Shown here piece after piece: positions 17,311 through 26,409 of a stretch of DNA of 27,825 nucleotides (positions are counted from its first letter, which is position 1; each line of letters starts with the position of its first letter). The notes below the pieces were generated by a model. It was not told the origin of the DNA. It saw only the letters and a list, made by a program, of their open reading frames with translations, and made no database searches. Source of the stretch: Candidatus Micrarchaeota archaeon (GTDB lineage Archaea; Micrarchaeota; Micrarchaeia; Norongarragalinales; UBA8480). The stretch spans positions 1 to 27,825 of the forward strand of contig JAZDHP010000012.1 of NCBI GenBank assembly GCA_043805855.1. The letters run 5' to 3'. The position numbers and the translations under genes were made by a program.

Positions 17311-17877
17311 TTATTTTAGCAAAGGCACAAAAGGTACTCCGTCTTTTCTCCGGTGCATTTTTACGCCTAATTGTTTACATGCGGTTTCTAAATCTCTATC
17401 GAATGAACTGTTATCTTTTCTTCTGTAGAATTTGGTTAATACTGTCAGTGGAACGCCTTGCGCTTGTGTAAGTTCAATTGCGTGTTTTAGTGCTCTTATT
17501 CTCCAGCCAGCGTAGTGCGTCATTAATCCTCGCGGTGTTGTTTTGTGTGAGTAGTGCGCTTGTGCAAACCGCAGAGAAATGTTGTCGCGTAAATTTGTTA
17601 TGCTTATTGTTCCAACTGCGCCTGGATGACGCTCAGCTGGGCCGTACTTTTGTAGTTTTTTTGAACGTGCAACTCTTCTAAAATGCGGAATGTGTTCGGG
17701 GCGTGGAAAAACAACTATTTCTTCAAGAGCTACGTAGGGTTTTTCTAATTGTTTCGGCCCAACGAGAACCATTTTGCTGTCGCGCTTTATTTCTAAATGA
17801 GGATATCTTTTTCTAGCGTGTGTTTCGTTTTTCCAAGCTTGTCGCGCAGCTTTGTAATATTCGGGTAACTTTAGCAT
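17311..17877 (-). CDS. Basic hypothetical protein
   Basis: 188-aa ORF, R/K-rich, co-oriented with neighbours. Confidence 0.6.
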   Translation of the reverse strand: MLKLPEYYKAARQAWKNETHARKRYPHLEIKRDSKMVLVGPKQLEKPYVALEEIVVFPRPEHIPHFRRVARSKKLQKYGPAERHPGAVGTISITNLRDNISLRFAQAHYSHKTTPRGLMTHYAGWRIRALKHAIELTQAQGVPLTVLTKFYRRKDNSSFDRDLETACKQLGVKMHRRKDGVPFVPLLK

Positions 17878-17909
17878 TTGTATTAATTGAATTATTTTTT
17901 TGTAGTAGT

Positions 17910-18779
17910 TTATCGGCCTCTAGCGCTTCCGTGCATTGCTCCTTGTCCTCGTCTTACGTAATCTCGAGCGTATTGGAAACCTAGATGTACGGGGTGAAAG
18001 TTTTCGTCGGAATATATTCTCCTTGGGAAAGTTACTGTTATTCCAACTTTACCTTCGGTTAATCTTGGAATTTCAGTTTTTGGAATTTCTTGTGCTGGGT
18101 CTCTACCTTGTTCAGATTTTAATTTATAGCCATGCAATCGGGTACGCAGCAATGGGCCTCTTTCCCTTTTTAAGGTATATTCGCTGTCGTCGTCTGCGCT
18201 TATTAGATTTTGACTGCTTAGGAAACCTATTAGTGAAGCTTCTACTGCTTGGCTTTTATCTGCGGTTGTTAAAACAGTTAAACCATTTTGGTTACTTTCT
18301 TCACCTACCGTAGTTGTAAAAACCGGAATTGCGCCTAGTGCGTGTAATTCTGTTGCTAGTAATTTTGCATCGTCTTTCATAACTCGTAAGCGATTTTTTG
18401 CAACAGTTATTGCTTTGCTGGCTTCTGTAGGGTCTAAACCGTTTTTATCTCGATCAACTTCTTTAATTAACGCACTTAGCGCGTTTGCATAGCGACGGTC
18501 GTTTACGTCAACTTGCTGATATGGATATTTTAAAGTGCCAGTTGGCGATAGTTTAATTTGTCCAGTCAACAATCCATGTGCTGCGGTTAAACGAGCAAGT
18601 GTTAATTTTTGTTCCTGTGGCGTACCGCGTAACGGTAAAGGTGGTTTTGGAGGTTTAGCTTCAACTGCCATTTTGGCAGTGGCGATTGTTGGTTGCATTT
18701 CTATTTTTGGCGTTGCAGGTGTAGCGCAACCTGCAGCGATAAAAGCAGCTAATAATGTTGAAGGAACGCGCATTTTCAT
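17910..18779 (-). CDS. Putative lipoprotein, unknown function
   Basis: MKMRVPSTLLAAFIAAG-C signal/lipobox followed by a Pro/Ala-rich linker. Confidence 0.6.
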   Translation of the reverse strand: MKMRVPSTLLAAFIAAGCATPATPKIEMQPTIATAKMAVEAKPPKPPLPLRGTPQEQKLTLARLTAAHGLLTGQIKLSPTGTLKYPYQQVDVNDRRYANALSALIKEVDRDKNGLDPTEASKAITVAKNRLRVMKDDAKLLATELHALGAIPVFTTTVGEESNQNGLTVLTTADKSQAVEASLIGFLSSQNLISADDDSEYTLKRERGPLLRTRLHGYKLKSEQGRDPAQEIPKTEIPRLTEGKVGITVTFPRRIYSDENFHPVHLGFQYARDYVRRGQGAMHGSARGR

Positions 18780-18821
18780 AATTACTATTTACCTGTCGTG
18801 GTTTTTTAACTTTAGTTTTTT

Positions 18822-19169
18822 TTAAAGTAGTTTAAGTTTTCCGGTAATTACGTCGATTTCGTCTTCTTCTGCTGGTCCGATTCCAACTGTGGTTATTGTT
18901 CCAGGTTCAACTTGAGTGTGGCCAGCGTCGCGGATAAGCGCCGTAGATAGTTTTCTTTTTTTCGCCGCGTTGAAAATTTCTATAAGTTCATTTTCGCTGT
19001 TTACTTTTAGCGTGATTTTTTTCATTCCCTCGTTTTCCCATTCGTCTCGCGTTTCTTCGTCTGTTTTCAAATACGCTTGTAAACTCGCGTGTGAAGCTTG
19101 GCTAGCGATTTTTCCCTTTCCCATTTGTAAATCCGCGCGGATTATAATTGCTTGTTTGTACATTTTCAT
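18822..19169 (-). CDS. pth2: Peptidyl-tRNA hydrolase Pth2
   Basis: KQAIIIRADLQMGKGKIASQASHA, DAGHTQVEPGTIT, TGKLKLL. Confidence 0.97.
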   Translation of the reverse strand: MKMYKQAIIIRADLQMGKGKIASQASHASLQAYLKTDEETRDEWENEGMKKITLKVNSENELIEIFNAAKKRKLSTALIRDAGHTQVEPGTITTVGIGPAEEDEIDVITGKLKLL

Positions 19170-19666
19170 TTTCCCTCTAAATATCTCAATAACTCTGCTC
19201 TTTGCGGTTCAGTTATAACTTTGTTTTCTCTAATTTGTCCGCTCATATATTCAACATCTCGTCGGTCTAAAAACGCACGAGCGAGGTTTATGTGTTCAAT
19301 AACATTCGTTACTGGATTGCGTGCGAATGTAGTTTCTATTTTACGCTCATCTAAATGCAATGCTAATTTTCTACTTGCGCTTTCAATTGAGGTTAGCACG
19401 TGTTCTTTTTTCTCTTCTCTAAAGCGAAGCGCTTCAAGGTAAGACGCCAGAAGTTGATGGTATGAAATTTGACCTTTTTCGTCGTAACTAGTTGTTGCGA
19501 GGAACTTCTTTGCTTCGCGTAAATCTGCTTTTGGTGCTTTTTCTCGTTGCATTACGCGTAGAATTGCTTTTACTGTAGCAGCGTGCGCTGGTTTGAACAA
19601 TTGCCATGGACTTTCAGTTTTTCCGCGGGTTTCAAATTCTTTTATTTCTCTAGCATAGCGTTGCAT
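19166..19666 (-). CDS. Hypothetical helical protein, paralog 3 of a tandem family
   Basis: FKPAHAATVKAI; NP..ARAFLD..LEGK shared with neighbours. Confidence 0.7.
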   Translation of the reverse strand: MQRYAREIKEFETRGKTESPWQLFKPAHAATVKAILRVMQREKAPKADLREAKKFLATTSYDEKGQISYHQLLASYLEALRFREEKKEHVLTSIESASRKLALHLDERKIETTFARNPVTNVIEHINLARAFLDRRDVEYMSGQIRENKVITEPQRAELLRYLEGK

Positions 19667-19669
19667 TTT

Positions 19670-20194
19670 TTATTTCCCTCTTAAATGTGCGATTAATTTA
19701 GCTTTTACGTGCGCTGGCACTTTGCTTTGTTCAATTTTATCGATGAAGAATTCTGCGTCTTGTCTGTTTAGAAAGCTTTGTGCATTTATTGCGCCTGCAA
19801 TTATGCCTATTGCGGGATTTGCAGAAATAGTTGAATCAGCGTGTTTTCTAACGTGCACTAACATTGAATTCGTTACTTTTTCTATTTCTTTTAACACGTT
19901 TGCAGCTCCTTTTTGATGTAGTGTAAGTGCCTTTGTGTATCCGACTATGCTTTTATTTTCAGTTACTATGCCTGCGCGATTGTGGCGAGTTACTTCTAGC
20001 CATTGTTTAACGAGTTTTAAATGTTCTTGGGGTACTTTTTTGGCTGCTAATTTGCGGTAAATTGCTTTGCTCCATGCAGCGTGCGCGCGCCGGAAATATG
20101 GAAATACTTGTTCTTCCTTTCCATTCCATTTTTTCATTAGGCCGTGTAATTCGTTTGTTAATATTTCAACGTGTTTTTTCATTTTAGTTCTCAC
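19670..20194 (-). CDS. Hypothetical helical protein, paralog 2 of a tandem family
   Basis: FRRAHAAWSKAI; NP..AQSFLN..LRGK. Confidence 0.7.
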   Translation of the reverse strand: MRTKMKKHVEILTNELHGLMKKWNGKEEQVFPYFRRAHAAWSKAIYRKLAAKKVPQEHLKLVKQWLEVTRHNRAGIVTENKSIVGYTKALTLHQKGAANVLKEIEKVTNSMLVHVRKHADSTISANPAIGIIAGAINAQSFLNRQDAEFFIDKIEQSKVPAHVKAKLIAHLRGK

Positions 20195-20207
20195 TTTTTT
20201 ATAATTT

Positions 20208-20705
20208 TTATTTCCCGCTTATTTCTTTTATTGCGTTTAACAATATTTGTTTTTCTTCTTCATTTAAAGCACTTGCTTTGATTTCGTACTGGTAACTTGG
20301 AGCGATTTTTGGATTTAGGAAGCTCTGTGCGTCGCGGCAGGCGCTTGTTATTTTTTGCAATGGATTTAAGATAATTTCTGGGTTGTTCCACTGACGTTGC
20401 GTTACTTCTATTGTTAGTATTTTGCAATATTCAGTCATTCGTTGTAACATTGTTGAGTTTAGTTTGCGGATTTTTACTGTTGCAATTAGAAACGCGAGCG
20501 CTGGGTGTTTTCCCTTTCCGTTTTCTTTAAACGCTAGTTTTTCAAAAAACAAATCAAACGTTGGTTTTTCTTCAGGCGTTATTGCGACTTCTTTTTCAAT
20601 TTCTTTTTTTAGTACTTCTAGCGAGGTTTGGAAATCTACTCCGGTTATTCTTCCAGTGTGGCGGCGTATTTCGTTTTCAATGTTTTCCAGCGTTTCGTGT
20701 ATCAT
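20208..20705 (-). CDS. Hypothetical helical protein, paralog 1 (more divergent)
   Basis: NP..AQSFLN..ISGK; ATGA overlap with the lig stop. Confidence 0.65.
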   Translation of the reverse strand: MIHETLENIENEIRRHTGRITGVDFQTSLEVLKKEIEKEVAITPEEKPTFDLFFEKLAFKENGKGKHPALAFLIATVKIRKLNSTMLQRMTEYCKILTIEVTQRQWNNPEIILNPLQKITSACRDAQSFLNPKIAPSYQYEIKASALNEEEKQILLNAIKEISGK

Positions 20706-22453
20706 TCAGTTGCTTCGCCTTTTGTTGTTGGCTGCATTTTGTAAAGTTGTATTACTTCTTTTTCAGTTGTTGCATCGTTTGCGTTTTTATCTTCGCGTAT
20801 TTGGGTTAATCGCGGGAATCGCAGCGCGAGCCCTTCGTTTTCTTTTTTGCCGCATGTGTGCGTTGGCGAGCGTGTTATTTCGTCTGCGGTTAGTGTTACG
20901 ACTAGTTTTGGCTGTACCCATTCGTCTGGCGTTAATTTGCTGTCGACGTTGCATGGTTTTTCTTTTGTTTTTATTTTTGTTAGTGTGTCGTTAAACCATT
21001 GCATTTGTTCTTCGGTAAATCCAGTTCCAACTTTTGCAATTGTTTTGAAAATGTTTTTCTCGTCGTCGTAAATTGCAGTTAGTAGCCCGCCGAATCCAAA
21101 TTCAGTTCGCTTTCCTTTACCGCGGTAAAATCCAATTACAACGGCGTCAATTGTGTCTGCCAAGTTTCCTTGGTAGGAGCGTTTTAGTTTAATCCACGCG
21201 TATTTTCTCGCGCCTGCAGCGTACGGCGCGTTTACATCTTTTGCTATTATTCCCTCTAGTCCATTGGCAACGCTTTCGTCGAAAAATTCTTGTAATTCCT
21301 TTGTACTGCGTGCAGTTATTGTTTGTGACATTTTTATCGTTTTGCCGTTTTTTATAATTGCTTCAAGTGTTTTTCTCCGCTCGTGGAATGGCTTTTGCGT
21401 GTAATCTTCTCCATTTGCATATAGGAGTTCAAATGCAAATAATATAAGTGGAATTTCTTTTGCTTTTGCGATTACGCCGTGTTTTCTCTTGCGGGTAATT
21501 GTAGTTTGAAAAGGTAAGTACATTTGCGTATCTTCGTCGAATGCAATTGCTTCGCCTTCTAGAATTGCGTTTTTCGCGCTTATCTGCTGTCTCACTGCGT
21601 CGACAAGGTCTGGAAACATGTGGGTCATTGGCTCCTGTTTACGGGAATAAATTTCAACTCGTTCGCCTTGCTTGTGCAATTGCAAGCGGAATCCATCGTA
21701 CTTTGCTTCAACTGCACATTCGCCTAATTTTTCTATAATTGCAGCTGCGTCTGGCAATCGCTCTGCAAGTGCTGGTCGAATTGGGTTAAATGGAGTTGGT
21801 TGTATTTTTTCAATTCCGTCTAGCCCTTTTTCGTAAAACGTTTCTGCAATTATCCCTAAGTCGGAAGTTAAGTTGTACGCGCGTTCGATTACTGCTCGCA
21901 GTTCTTTTGTACCTGTTTTCATAACTGAAAACGCGTCTAGAATTGTCGCTTCTGCAGTACCAAGGCGTAGCTTACCTGTAACAAAACGGATTATTGTTTT
22001 TGGTTCTGTTTCTTGTGAATTTACAAGTAACTCTGCTAGTAGCTTTATTTTAGTTTCTTGACTTCCTTGCCCACTTAGCGTTGCAATTTTGTAAAAATTG
22101 TCGTAAACTTTGGCAACTGTTAGGGTTTTTTGCGATAAACTTGTTTGCGTTCGCTTTGCCATTAAGAATTGCGCCGTGTCTCCCAAATCGCCGGTTTTAC
22201 GATAGTGTTTTTCTATATCTTTTAATTTTGATCCTGAAGCTAAGGCGATTGCCTGTTCTGCGAATTTTTCTCCCATCCCGAGGTCAATTCCAGTATAAGG
22301 GGGAGAGATTATTCCCTGGCATAAATATACGAGTTTTTTCACTTCACTTTTGTGCGTTTCTTCGAATAACTTTGCCAATAGGTCAGTAAGTGCTAGGCGT
22401 GAAGACGTTTCTTCCATGACGTCGAAGATCTTGCAAACCTTTGAAAATTCCAT
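20702..22453 (-). CDS. lig: ATP-dependent DNA ligase
   Basis: Motif I EAKYDGFR, ILEGE, FELLY, EGIIAK, WIKLK, ALRFPR; N-terminal DNA-binding domain. Confidence 0.97.
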   Translation of the reverse strand: MEFSKVCKIFDVMEETSSRLALTDLLAKLFEETHKSEVKKLVYLCQGIISPPYTGIDLGMGEKFAEQAIALASGSKLKDIEKHYRKTGDLGDTAQFLMAKRTQTSLSQKTLTVAKVYDNFYKIATLSGQGSQETKIKLLAELLVNSQETEPKTIIRFVTGKLRLGTAEATILDAFSVMKTGTKELRAVIERAYNLTSDLGIIAETFYEKGLDGIEKIQPTPFNPIRPALAERLPDAAAIIEKLGECAVEAKYDGFRLQLHKQGERVEIYSRKQEPMTHMFPDLVDAVRQQISAKNAILEGEAIAFDEDTQMYLPFQTTITRKRKHGVIAKAKEIPLILFAFELLYANGEDYTQKPFHERRKTLEAIIKNGKTIKMSQTITARSTKELQEFFDESVANGLEGIIAKDVNAPYAAGARKYAWIKLKRSYQGNLADTIDAVVIGFYRGKGKRTEFGFGGLLTAIYDDEKNIFKTIAKVGTGFTEEQMQWFNDTLTKIKTKEKPCNVDSKLTPDEWVQPKLVVTLTADEITRSPTHTCGKKENEGLALRFPRLTQIREDKNANDATTEKEVIQLYKMQPTTKGEATE

Positions 22454-22475
22454 TATAAGGTTTAATCTGAATATG

Positions 22476-22483
22476 TTTATAAA
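22476..22483. promoter_or_regulatory. Palindromic TATA box shared by divergent genes
   Basis: tttataaa with exactly 22 nt to the lig ATG (22453, -) and 22 nt to ATG 22506 (+). Confidence 0.6.
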
Positions 22484-22505
22484 GTTAAAAATGCAGAGTT
22501 TCTAC

Positions 22506-22940
22506 ATGGCAAGACTTTTTAAGGGTTTTAAAGAAAGACCAGGGGGTTTATCTTCAGTTTCGCTTGGTGACGTCGTTGGACTTTTACCTGGCGGTGGTGT
22601 AGCTAAAGTTGCCTATCGTGTTTTGTCCGGTCAGCCTAGGTCTGAAGACGTTTATCGTGGCGTTGCTCACAATGCATTAAGGCGCATTGCAGTTGATTCC
22701 GTAGTTTCTCCTTCGCGGCCGCGTTTTCCATTTTCTGCTAATTTGCGTCCAGTTGAATCGCGTACGGTTGCTGAACCGCGCAAAATTGCGGATTATATTG
22801 CTGCAAGGAGAGCTAAAATGCAAGCCGTTGGGCGTGTGGCGGTTTCTCTACGCCCAAAGCCACTTCGGCCCATTCATGTACGTGCGCCTAATGTATTTTT
22901 GTCAGTTAGGCCGACGGTTAGGCAAAAGAGAGTAGCATAA
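22506..22940 (+). CDS. Arg/Pro-rich basic hypothetical protein
   Basis: ORF 22350-22940 trimmed to ATG 22506 (the upstream part overlaps lig and the TATA box); followed by a T-rich terminator-like tract. Confidence 0.55.
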   Translation: MARLFKGFKERPGGLSSVSLGDVVGLLPGGGVAKVAYRVLSGQPRSEDVYRGVAHNALRRIAVDSVVSPSRPRFPFSANLRPVESRTVAEPRKIADYIAARRAKMQAVGRVAVSLRPKPLRPIHVRAPNVFLSVRPTVRQKRVA

Positions 22941-23059
22941 TTATTGTTTCTGTTTTTTGTCGATCAGCTTTTTTTCCTTTTGTTTTTCTTTTAGGTTTCT
23001 TTTTGTTTTACTTTTTCAAGTGTCATATTTAAAAACCTAGCTTTCCTTTTTGTAATCCT

Positions 23060-24007
23060 ATGAGCATTACCCGCCTACAGGTTAGAGAGTTTCTCATTTA
23101 CCTAGGTTTAATTGGTCTAATTGCAATTGCGTTTTCTTCGTTTGTAAACGCTAGTTTTGAAGAAGTTAAATCAACTGACGTGAATGTCATTTCGCCTAGT
23201 TCACTTGTTGTTGTTAATGGCGATTTAAATTTCGATGCTGTTTTGCCTGGCTATAATTATGAACGTGTTTTAAACGTTTCTCTTAACTTAGCTCCGTCTT
23301 CATTGAATGGCTTAACTGCTAATAACGTAGAGGTGTTTGTAAAAGTTTCAGCGCTTAAGTATGAAAATTCTTCTATTGTGCTTGAATCTAATAACGAAAC
23401 GGGAAAAGTAATTCGTTTTTCTTTTAATTGCATTGTAGTTAATGGAACGTGCGGTGTTGGTTCAATTTCTTCACAAATTGTTAAAGTTAAACTCGCTGCG
23501 CCGATGGTTGATTATCCTTATAGTGACAAAGTTATTGTAAATGCGAGTCTAAGTAACATTCCGGTTGACGTTATAGAAGCACAGTCTCGCGATGTTTTAG
23601 CTGCATTGTCAGTTTTGCAAAAGCAGCTTGAAGAAGTTAAAAAGAATATTGAAAGCAGTGGAAAATCAACGCAATTAAATGGCAATATTTCTAGCATTGA
23701 ATCGCTGTTTAATGACGCGCAGCGTTCTGCAGTGATGTTTGACGTTAACGGCGCGAATAAATCACTGTCAAAAGCTGAAAGTGATTTGGAGAAATTACAA
23801 TTAAGCACGAATGACAATAAGTCGCCTGCTGCTAATGGAACAATGTTCACCGCGCATGTTTTGGGCTACAATTTACCAATTTCTTGGGAAGCTGCGTTGA
23901 TTGTTTTACTTGCAATTGCCTTGGTTTCAGTTTACATTCATCATGCTAGTGACGGTAAAAAACGTAAGCATGATATTAATAAGTTTATGAAAGATGCAGA
24001 GCAGTAG
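23060..24007 (+). CDS. Membrane-anchored hypothetical protein (N-terminal signal/TM, beta domain, coiled coil, C-terminal TM)
   Basis: Hydrophobic LIYLGLIGLIAIAF and AALIVLLAIALVSVYI segments; heptad-like region; many N-x-S/T sequons. Confidence 0.7.
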   Translation: MSITRLQVREFLIYLGLIGLIAIAFSSFVNASFEEVKSTDVNVISPSSLVVVNGDLNFDAVLPGYNYERVLNVSLNLAPSSLNGLTANNVEVFVKVSALKYENSSIVLESNNETGKVIRFSFNCIVVNGTCGVGSISSQIVKVKLAAPMVDYPYSDKVIVNASLSNIPVDVIEAQSRDVLAALSVLQKQLEEVKKNIESSGKSTQLNGNISSIESLFNDAQRSAVMFDVNGANKSLSKAESDLEKLQLSTNDNKSPAANGTMFTAHVLGYNLPISWEAALIVLLAIALVSVYIHHASDGKKRKHDINKFMKDAEQ

Positions 24008-24012
24008 AAAAG

Positions 24013-24561
24013 ATGAAACAGATTTTCGTGGTGTTTGTAATTGGCGTTTTCGTTGGTTTTGCCATTGCTTTGAGCGACGCTTCTTTCACTTCTTTTTTCA
24101 CCGCTTCGCCAGTTACTCTTGGTGTTGCTGAAGTTACTCCAGTTTTTTCGCCGGGCAGTGAAGATGTTGTTGTTAATTTAATGCGCGGCAGCCGCAGCGA
24201 GCTTGACTTGGAAGTTTACACTTTATCCTCGCAAGTTTTGCAAGATGAGCTTAAAGGCGCGGCACAGCGCGGCGTAAATGTTAATGTTATTTTAGAGAGT
24301 TCAATTGCGTCTAATATCAAGCCGTTTAAGGAACTCCAAGCGGCGGGGGTTAAAGTTCGCTGGGCTTCGCGCAGGTTTGCGCTTACACACTCAAAATTTT
24401 TAATTGTTGACAACGAAACGGTTTTCGTCGGTAGTAACAACTGGTCTTTTCATTCGTTTAACTTGAACCGCGAAGCAAGTGTGAAAATACGTAGCGTAGA
24501 GATTGCGCGTGAATTTTTAAACGTGTTTTACGATGATTTTGCAAAGGGTGCGGCAAGTTGA
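24013..24561 (+). CDS. Phospholipase D-superfamily (Nuc-like, single HKD) exported protein
   Basis: HSKFLIVD..VFVGSNNWS..NRE; N-terminal hydrophobic signal. Confidence 0.88.
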   Translation: MKQIFVVFVIGVFVGFAIALSDASFTSFFTASPVTLGVAEVTPVFSPGSEDVVVNLMRGSRSELDLEVYTLSSQVLQDELKGAAQRGVNVNVILESSIASNIKPFKELQAAGVKVRWASRRFALTHSKFLIVDNETVFVGSNNWSFHSFNLNREASVKIRSVEIAREFLNVFYDDFAKGAAS

Positions 24562-25037
24562 ACGCTAATGTTGAGATTAAACGGGCGGATAAGAAGAACT
24601 TGCACACGCTTACTGTGCTAACTAAAACTTTTTTTCCCTATGTTAACTTTTCAAGTGACGAGATTAACCGTCGGCTAACAAGTAATGAAATTGCTTACTT
24701 TGTTGCGCTTCACGACGGTGCGACGGTTGGCTTTGTAGATTATGAAATCATCCGTTCATCTCCAGAACAGCCGCGTTGTCGTTGTAAATTAATTGGTTTA
24801 GCTGTGCTTCCTGAATTTCGGCAAAAAGGTATTGCACGTAAACTAATTGAAAGAGTTTTGCAAGAAACGCAATTGGAAAAATGTAATAGTATATTTCTCT
24901 TAGTTGCAGAAGATAACGCTATAGCGATTAAACTCTATACTTCGCTTGGGTTTTCTTCTCGCGGTTCTGCTGATAAAGTTCTCGGTGGGAAAAAGATATT
25001 GATAATGGAAAAATTTCTCGGAAGCAATTCAATTTAA
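24558..25037 (+). CDS. GNAT acetyltransferase (RimI-like)
   Basis: LAVLPEFRQKGIARKL (motif A), V..DNAIAIKLYTSLGF (motif B). Confidence 0.88.
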   Translation: MNANVEIKRADKKNLHTLTVLTKTFFPYVNFSSDEINRRLTSNEIAYFVALHDGATVGFVDYEIIRSSPEQPRCRCKLIGLAVLPEFRQKGIARKLIERVLQETQLEKCNSIFLLVAEDNAIAIKLYTSLGFSSRGSADKVLGGKKILIMEKFLGSNSI

Positions 25038-25066
25038 ATTCCGGCGTTTAAATAAATGTGATTGAA

Positions 25067-26245
25067 ATGGATGTTGAAACTCGTTTACAGTTGTTAAAAG
25101 GCATTTCGCAGGAGATTGTCACTGAAGATGAACTGCGCCAGCTGTTGGAAACTAACTCAAAGCCAGTTGCGTATGACGGTTTTGAACCTTCTGGTTTAGC
25201 GCATTTGCCAGCTGGAGTTTACCGGCCACTTTTGTTGAAAGATTTGCTCAAGGCTAATGTAAAATTCAAACTTTTACTTGCTGATTCATTTGCTTGGATT
25301 AATGAAAAGATGAACGGCGACTTGGACAAAATTCACGTTGTTGGCGATTATTTCATTGAAGTTTGGAAAGCTGCGGGGCTTGACACAAAGAAAGTTGAAG
25401 TAATTCACCACATGGACTTTTTTGAAGATAAGGAATACTGGAAACTCGTTTTATTAGTGGCGAAGAATCACACTGAAGCGCGGACGAAACGCGCGTTGCA
25501 AGTTGCCGGTCGCAGCGAGGGAGATGTTAAGCAGACCGCACAGTTATTCTATCCTTCGATGCAAGCTGCTGACGTGCTTTACTTAAATGTAGACATTTGT
25601 CAATTGGGAATGGACCAGCGTAAGGCTAACATGCTCGCGCGTGAAGTTGCTGAAAAAATCAAGAGGAAAAAACCAGTTGCAGTTCACCATAGAATGTTAT
25701 TTGGATTAGATGGAATGAGCAGTGCGTCTGCAAGCGATGAAGTATTGAAAATGCCAGTTTCATTTCCTACTGGCAAAGATGGTCATTTACATGCAAAAGG
25801 CGAACGGGGCCGAGTTATTGACGGTAATTTCGTAAATGAATATGATTTAGAAATAAACGCAAAAATGAGTAAGAGTAAGCCAAACACTTGTATTTTTGTC
25901 CATGATTCAACTGAAGAGATTAAGAAAAAAATCAGTTCAGCTTTTTGCCCAGCTAAAGTAGTTACGGGCAATCCTATTTTAGAGTACAATAAGGAAATTG
26001 TTTTCCGTGCGTTGAAAGATGTTACAATTGAGCGTCCTGTGAAGTTCGGCGGCGACGTTACTTTTGCAAGTTACAGTGAAATGGAAAACGCGTTTGTCGA
26101 GGGTAGATTGCACCCGATGGATTTGAAAAACTCAACAGCGGCTAATCTTGACGAGTTAATTGCACCGATTCGTTCACATTTTGAAAAGGACAAAACTGCT
26201 AACAAGTTGTACGAGCAGGTAAAGTCCTTCAGTGTAACGCGTTAA
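25067..26245 (+). CDS. tyrS: Tyrosyl-tRNA synthetase (archaeal type)
   Basis: AYDGFEPSG..H, YPSMQAAD, GMDQRK, KMSKS, AFCP, LHPMDLK. ATG 25067 preferred (GTG 25058 is an alternative). Confidence 0.95.
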   Translation: MDVETRLQLLKGISQEIVTEDELRQLLETNSKPVAYDGFEPSGLAHLPAGVYRPLLLKDLLKANVKFKLLLADSFAWINEKMNGDLDKIHVVGDYFIEVWKAAGLDTKKVEVIHHMDFFEDKEYWKLVLLVAKNHTEARTKRALQVAGRSEGDVKQTAQLFYPSMQAADVLYLNVDICQLGMDQRKANMLAREVAEKIKRKKPVAVHHRMLFGLDGMSSASASDEVLKMPVSFPTGKDGHLHAKGERGRVIDGNFVNEYDLEINAKMSKSKPNTCIFVHDSTEEIKKKISSAFCPAKVVTGNPILEYNKEIVFRALKDVTIERPVKFGGDVTFASYSEMENAFVEGRLHPMDLKNSTAANLDELIAPIRSHFEKDKTANKLYEQVKSFSVTR

Positions 26246-26409
26246 ACTTTAAGAGTTCGCCTTGTAGATTCTATTTTTATTCGCGTGTTTTCCTTCTTTT
26301 GTCAATGATGACACTTATGAGTTATGAGCAGCTAACGCTGTTATGATTTAGATCTTGAGTGCTGAACACTAAAGTGAACGCTTTTATGCTGACACTTTTT
26401 TAATATATT

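Noticed and set aside
22350..22505. N-terminal extension of the 196-aa ORF
   Set aside because: Overlaps lig on the opposite strand and includes the TATA box.
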